Source of the DNA: Escherichia coli
GTDB lineage: Bacteria > Pseudomonadota > Gammaproteobacteria > Enterobacterales > Enterobacteriaceae
Assembly (NCBI RefSeq): GCF_003334385.1
Contig: NZ_QOWN01000211.1
Length of the DNA: 300 bases
Direction: 5' to 3' (one strand)
Shown here: piece by piece, positions 1-300 of the stretch
Position numbering within the stretch: the stretch's first letter is position 1
How the letters are laid out: each line of letters opens with the position of its first letter
Notes under the pieces: generated by a model
Seen by the model: the letters and a program-made list of their open reading frames with translations, nothing else
What the model was told of the DNA's origin: nothing
Databases searched by the model: none
Program-made: the position numbers and the translations under genes

Positions 1-300
1 GCCACTGCCATTGAAGCCGGTGATGAACGTCGCGCCCGCGCAAAATTTCACTGGCAATTCCTGGAACATTATCCGGCTGCTCAGGACTGCGCTTATAAAT
101 TTCTTGTCTGCGAGGATAAACCCGGTATACCCCGCCCTGCCCTAGATTCCTGGGATGCTGAATATATGCAGGAAAACCGCTGGGATGAGGCGTCTGCTTC
201 CTTTGTCCCGGTTGAGACTGAATCAGATCCGATGAACGTCACTTTTGACAAGCTGGCCCCTGAAGTACAGAACGCTGTCATGGTTAAGTTCGACACATGT
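1..300 (+). CDS. Partial CDS (internal fragment, both ends outside the window) encoding an acidic hypothetical protein of unknown family; at least 100 codons
   Basis: Seen in sequence: frame 1 has no stop codon across 100 codons, whereas frame 2 hits TAG at 142-144 and frame 3 hits TGA at 10-12. Arg codons are exclusively CGT/CGC (28-30, 31-33, 37-39, 133-135, 178-180), with no AGA/AGG/CGA/CGG. Leu is mostly CTG, Glu mostly GAA, Gly is GGT. Amino-acid composition is protein-like, with 3 Trp, 3 Cys and a mix of hydrophobic and charged residues. No in-window start: the internal ATGs at 166, 232 and 280 lack a well-placed Shine-Dalgarno. Product identity was not determined. Confidence 0.78.

Noticed and set aside
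31-40. GC-rich run cgcgcccgcg considered as a possible hairpin or terminator stem
   Set aside because: It is not self-complementary (the reverse complement is cgcgggcgcg), has no following T-tract, and is in frame as codons for R-A-R inside the CDS.
94-99. TATAAA, a -10-like hexamer (5/6 match to TATAAT)
   Set aside because: No TTGACA-like -35 at 16-18 bp upstream (70-77 reads tatccggc). It is embedded in the coding frame as codons tat aaa (Y-K), and on the minus strand it simply overlaps the shadow ORF's TAA stop.
150-187. 8-bp direct repeat ctgggatg at 150-157 and 180-187
   Set aside because: An 8-mer repeat in 300 bp is expected by chance at appreciable frequency. Both copies are in frame and encode the Trp-Asp dipeptide, so the repeat reflects the protein motif rather than a DNA-level element.
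245-250. Perfect sigma70 -35 consensus TTGACA on the + strand
   Set aside because: No acceptable -10 hexamer at 15-18 bp spacing (the candidates at 267-272, 268-273 and 269-274 are acagaa, cagaac and agaacg). It sits inside the coding frame, so this is most likely a chance hexamer.
166-282. Internal in-frame ATG codons at 166-168, 232-234 and 280-282 as possible translation starts
   Set aside because: None has a convincing Shine-Dalgarno at 5-9 nt spacing; the nearest is GGGA at 152-155, about 10 nt upstream of 166, which is weak and poorly spaced. The open frame and codon bias continue unchanged upstream, so the start most likely lies before position 1.
93-296. Minus-strand 67-aa ORF from the supplied track (ATG at complement of 294-296, TAA at complement of 93-95)
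   Set aside because: It lies entirely antisense to a longer open frame with much better codon usage. Its translation is low-complexity and Ser/Thr/Gly-rich, as expected from antisense reading of a real gene, and its wobble positions coincide with those of the + frame. Most likely a shadow ORF; it cannot be fully excluded without homology or expression data.
1-300. Searched for tRNA or other structured RNA, CRISPR repeat-spacer periodicity, IS inverted repeats, and a novel system signature
   Set aside because: No cloverleaf-compatible stems, no repeats of 20 bp or longer, no terminal inverted repeats and no intergenic space. The whole window is covered by one coding frame, so there is no sequence-level support for any of these, nor for a multi-gene system, within 300 bp.

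Overview
This 300-bp window is best explained as an internal fragment of one protein-coding gene on the + strand. Frame 1 (codons 1-3 through 298-300) is open for all 100 codons with no start or stop inside the window, so the gene extends past both edges. By my manual count GC is about 52% (155/300), and codon usage is enterobacterial-like: all five Arg codons are CGT/CGC, with CTG, CCG, GAA, AAA and GGT favoured. The frame-1 translation is ATAIEAGDERRARAKFHWQFLEHYPAAQDCAYKFLVCEDKPGIPRPALDSWDAEYMQENRWDEASASFVPVETESDPMNVTFDKLAPEVQNAVMVKFDTC. I do not recognise the protein family from memory and assign no gene symbol. The minus-strand ORF in the supplied track (93..296) is most likely an antisense shadow of this gene. 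I see no tRNA or rRNA, no CRISPR repeats, no mobile-element termini and no convincing promoter or terminator. From 300 bp I cannot support any claim of a novel multi-gene system; the findings below are modest.
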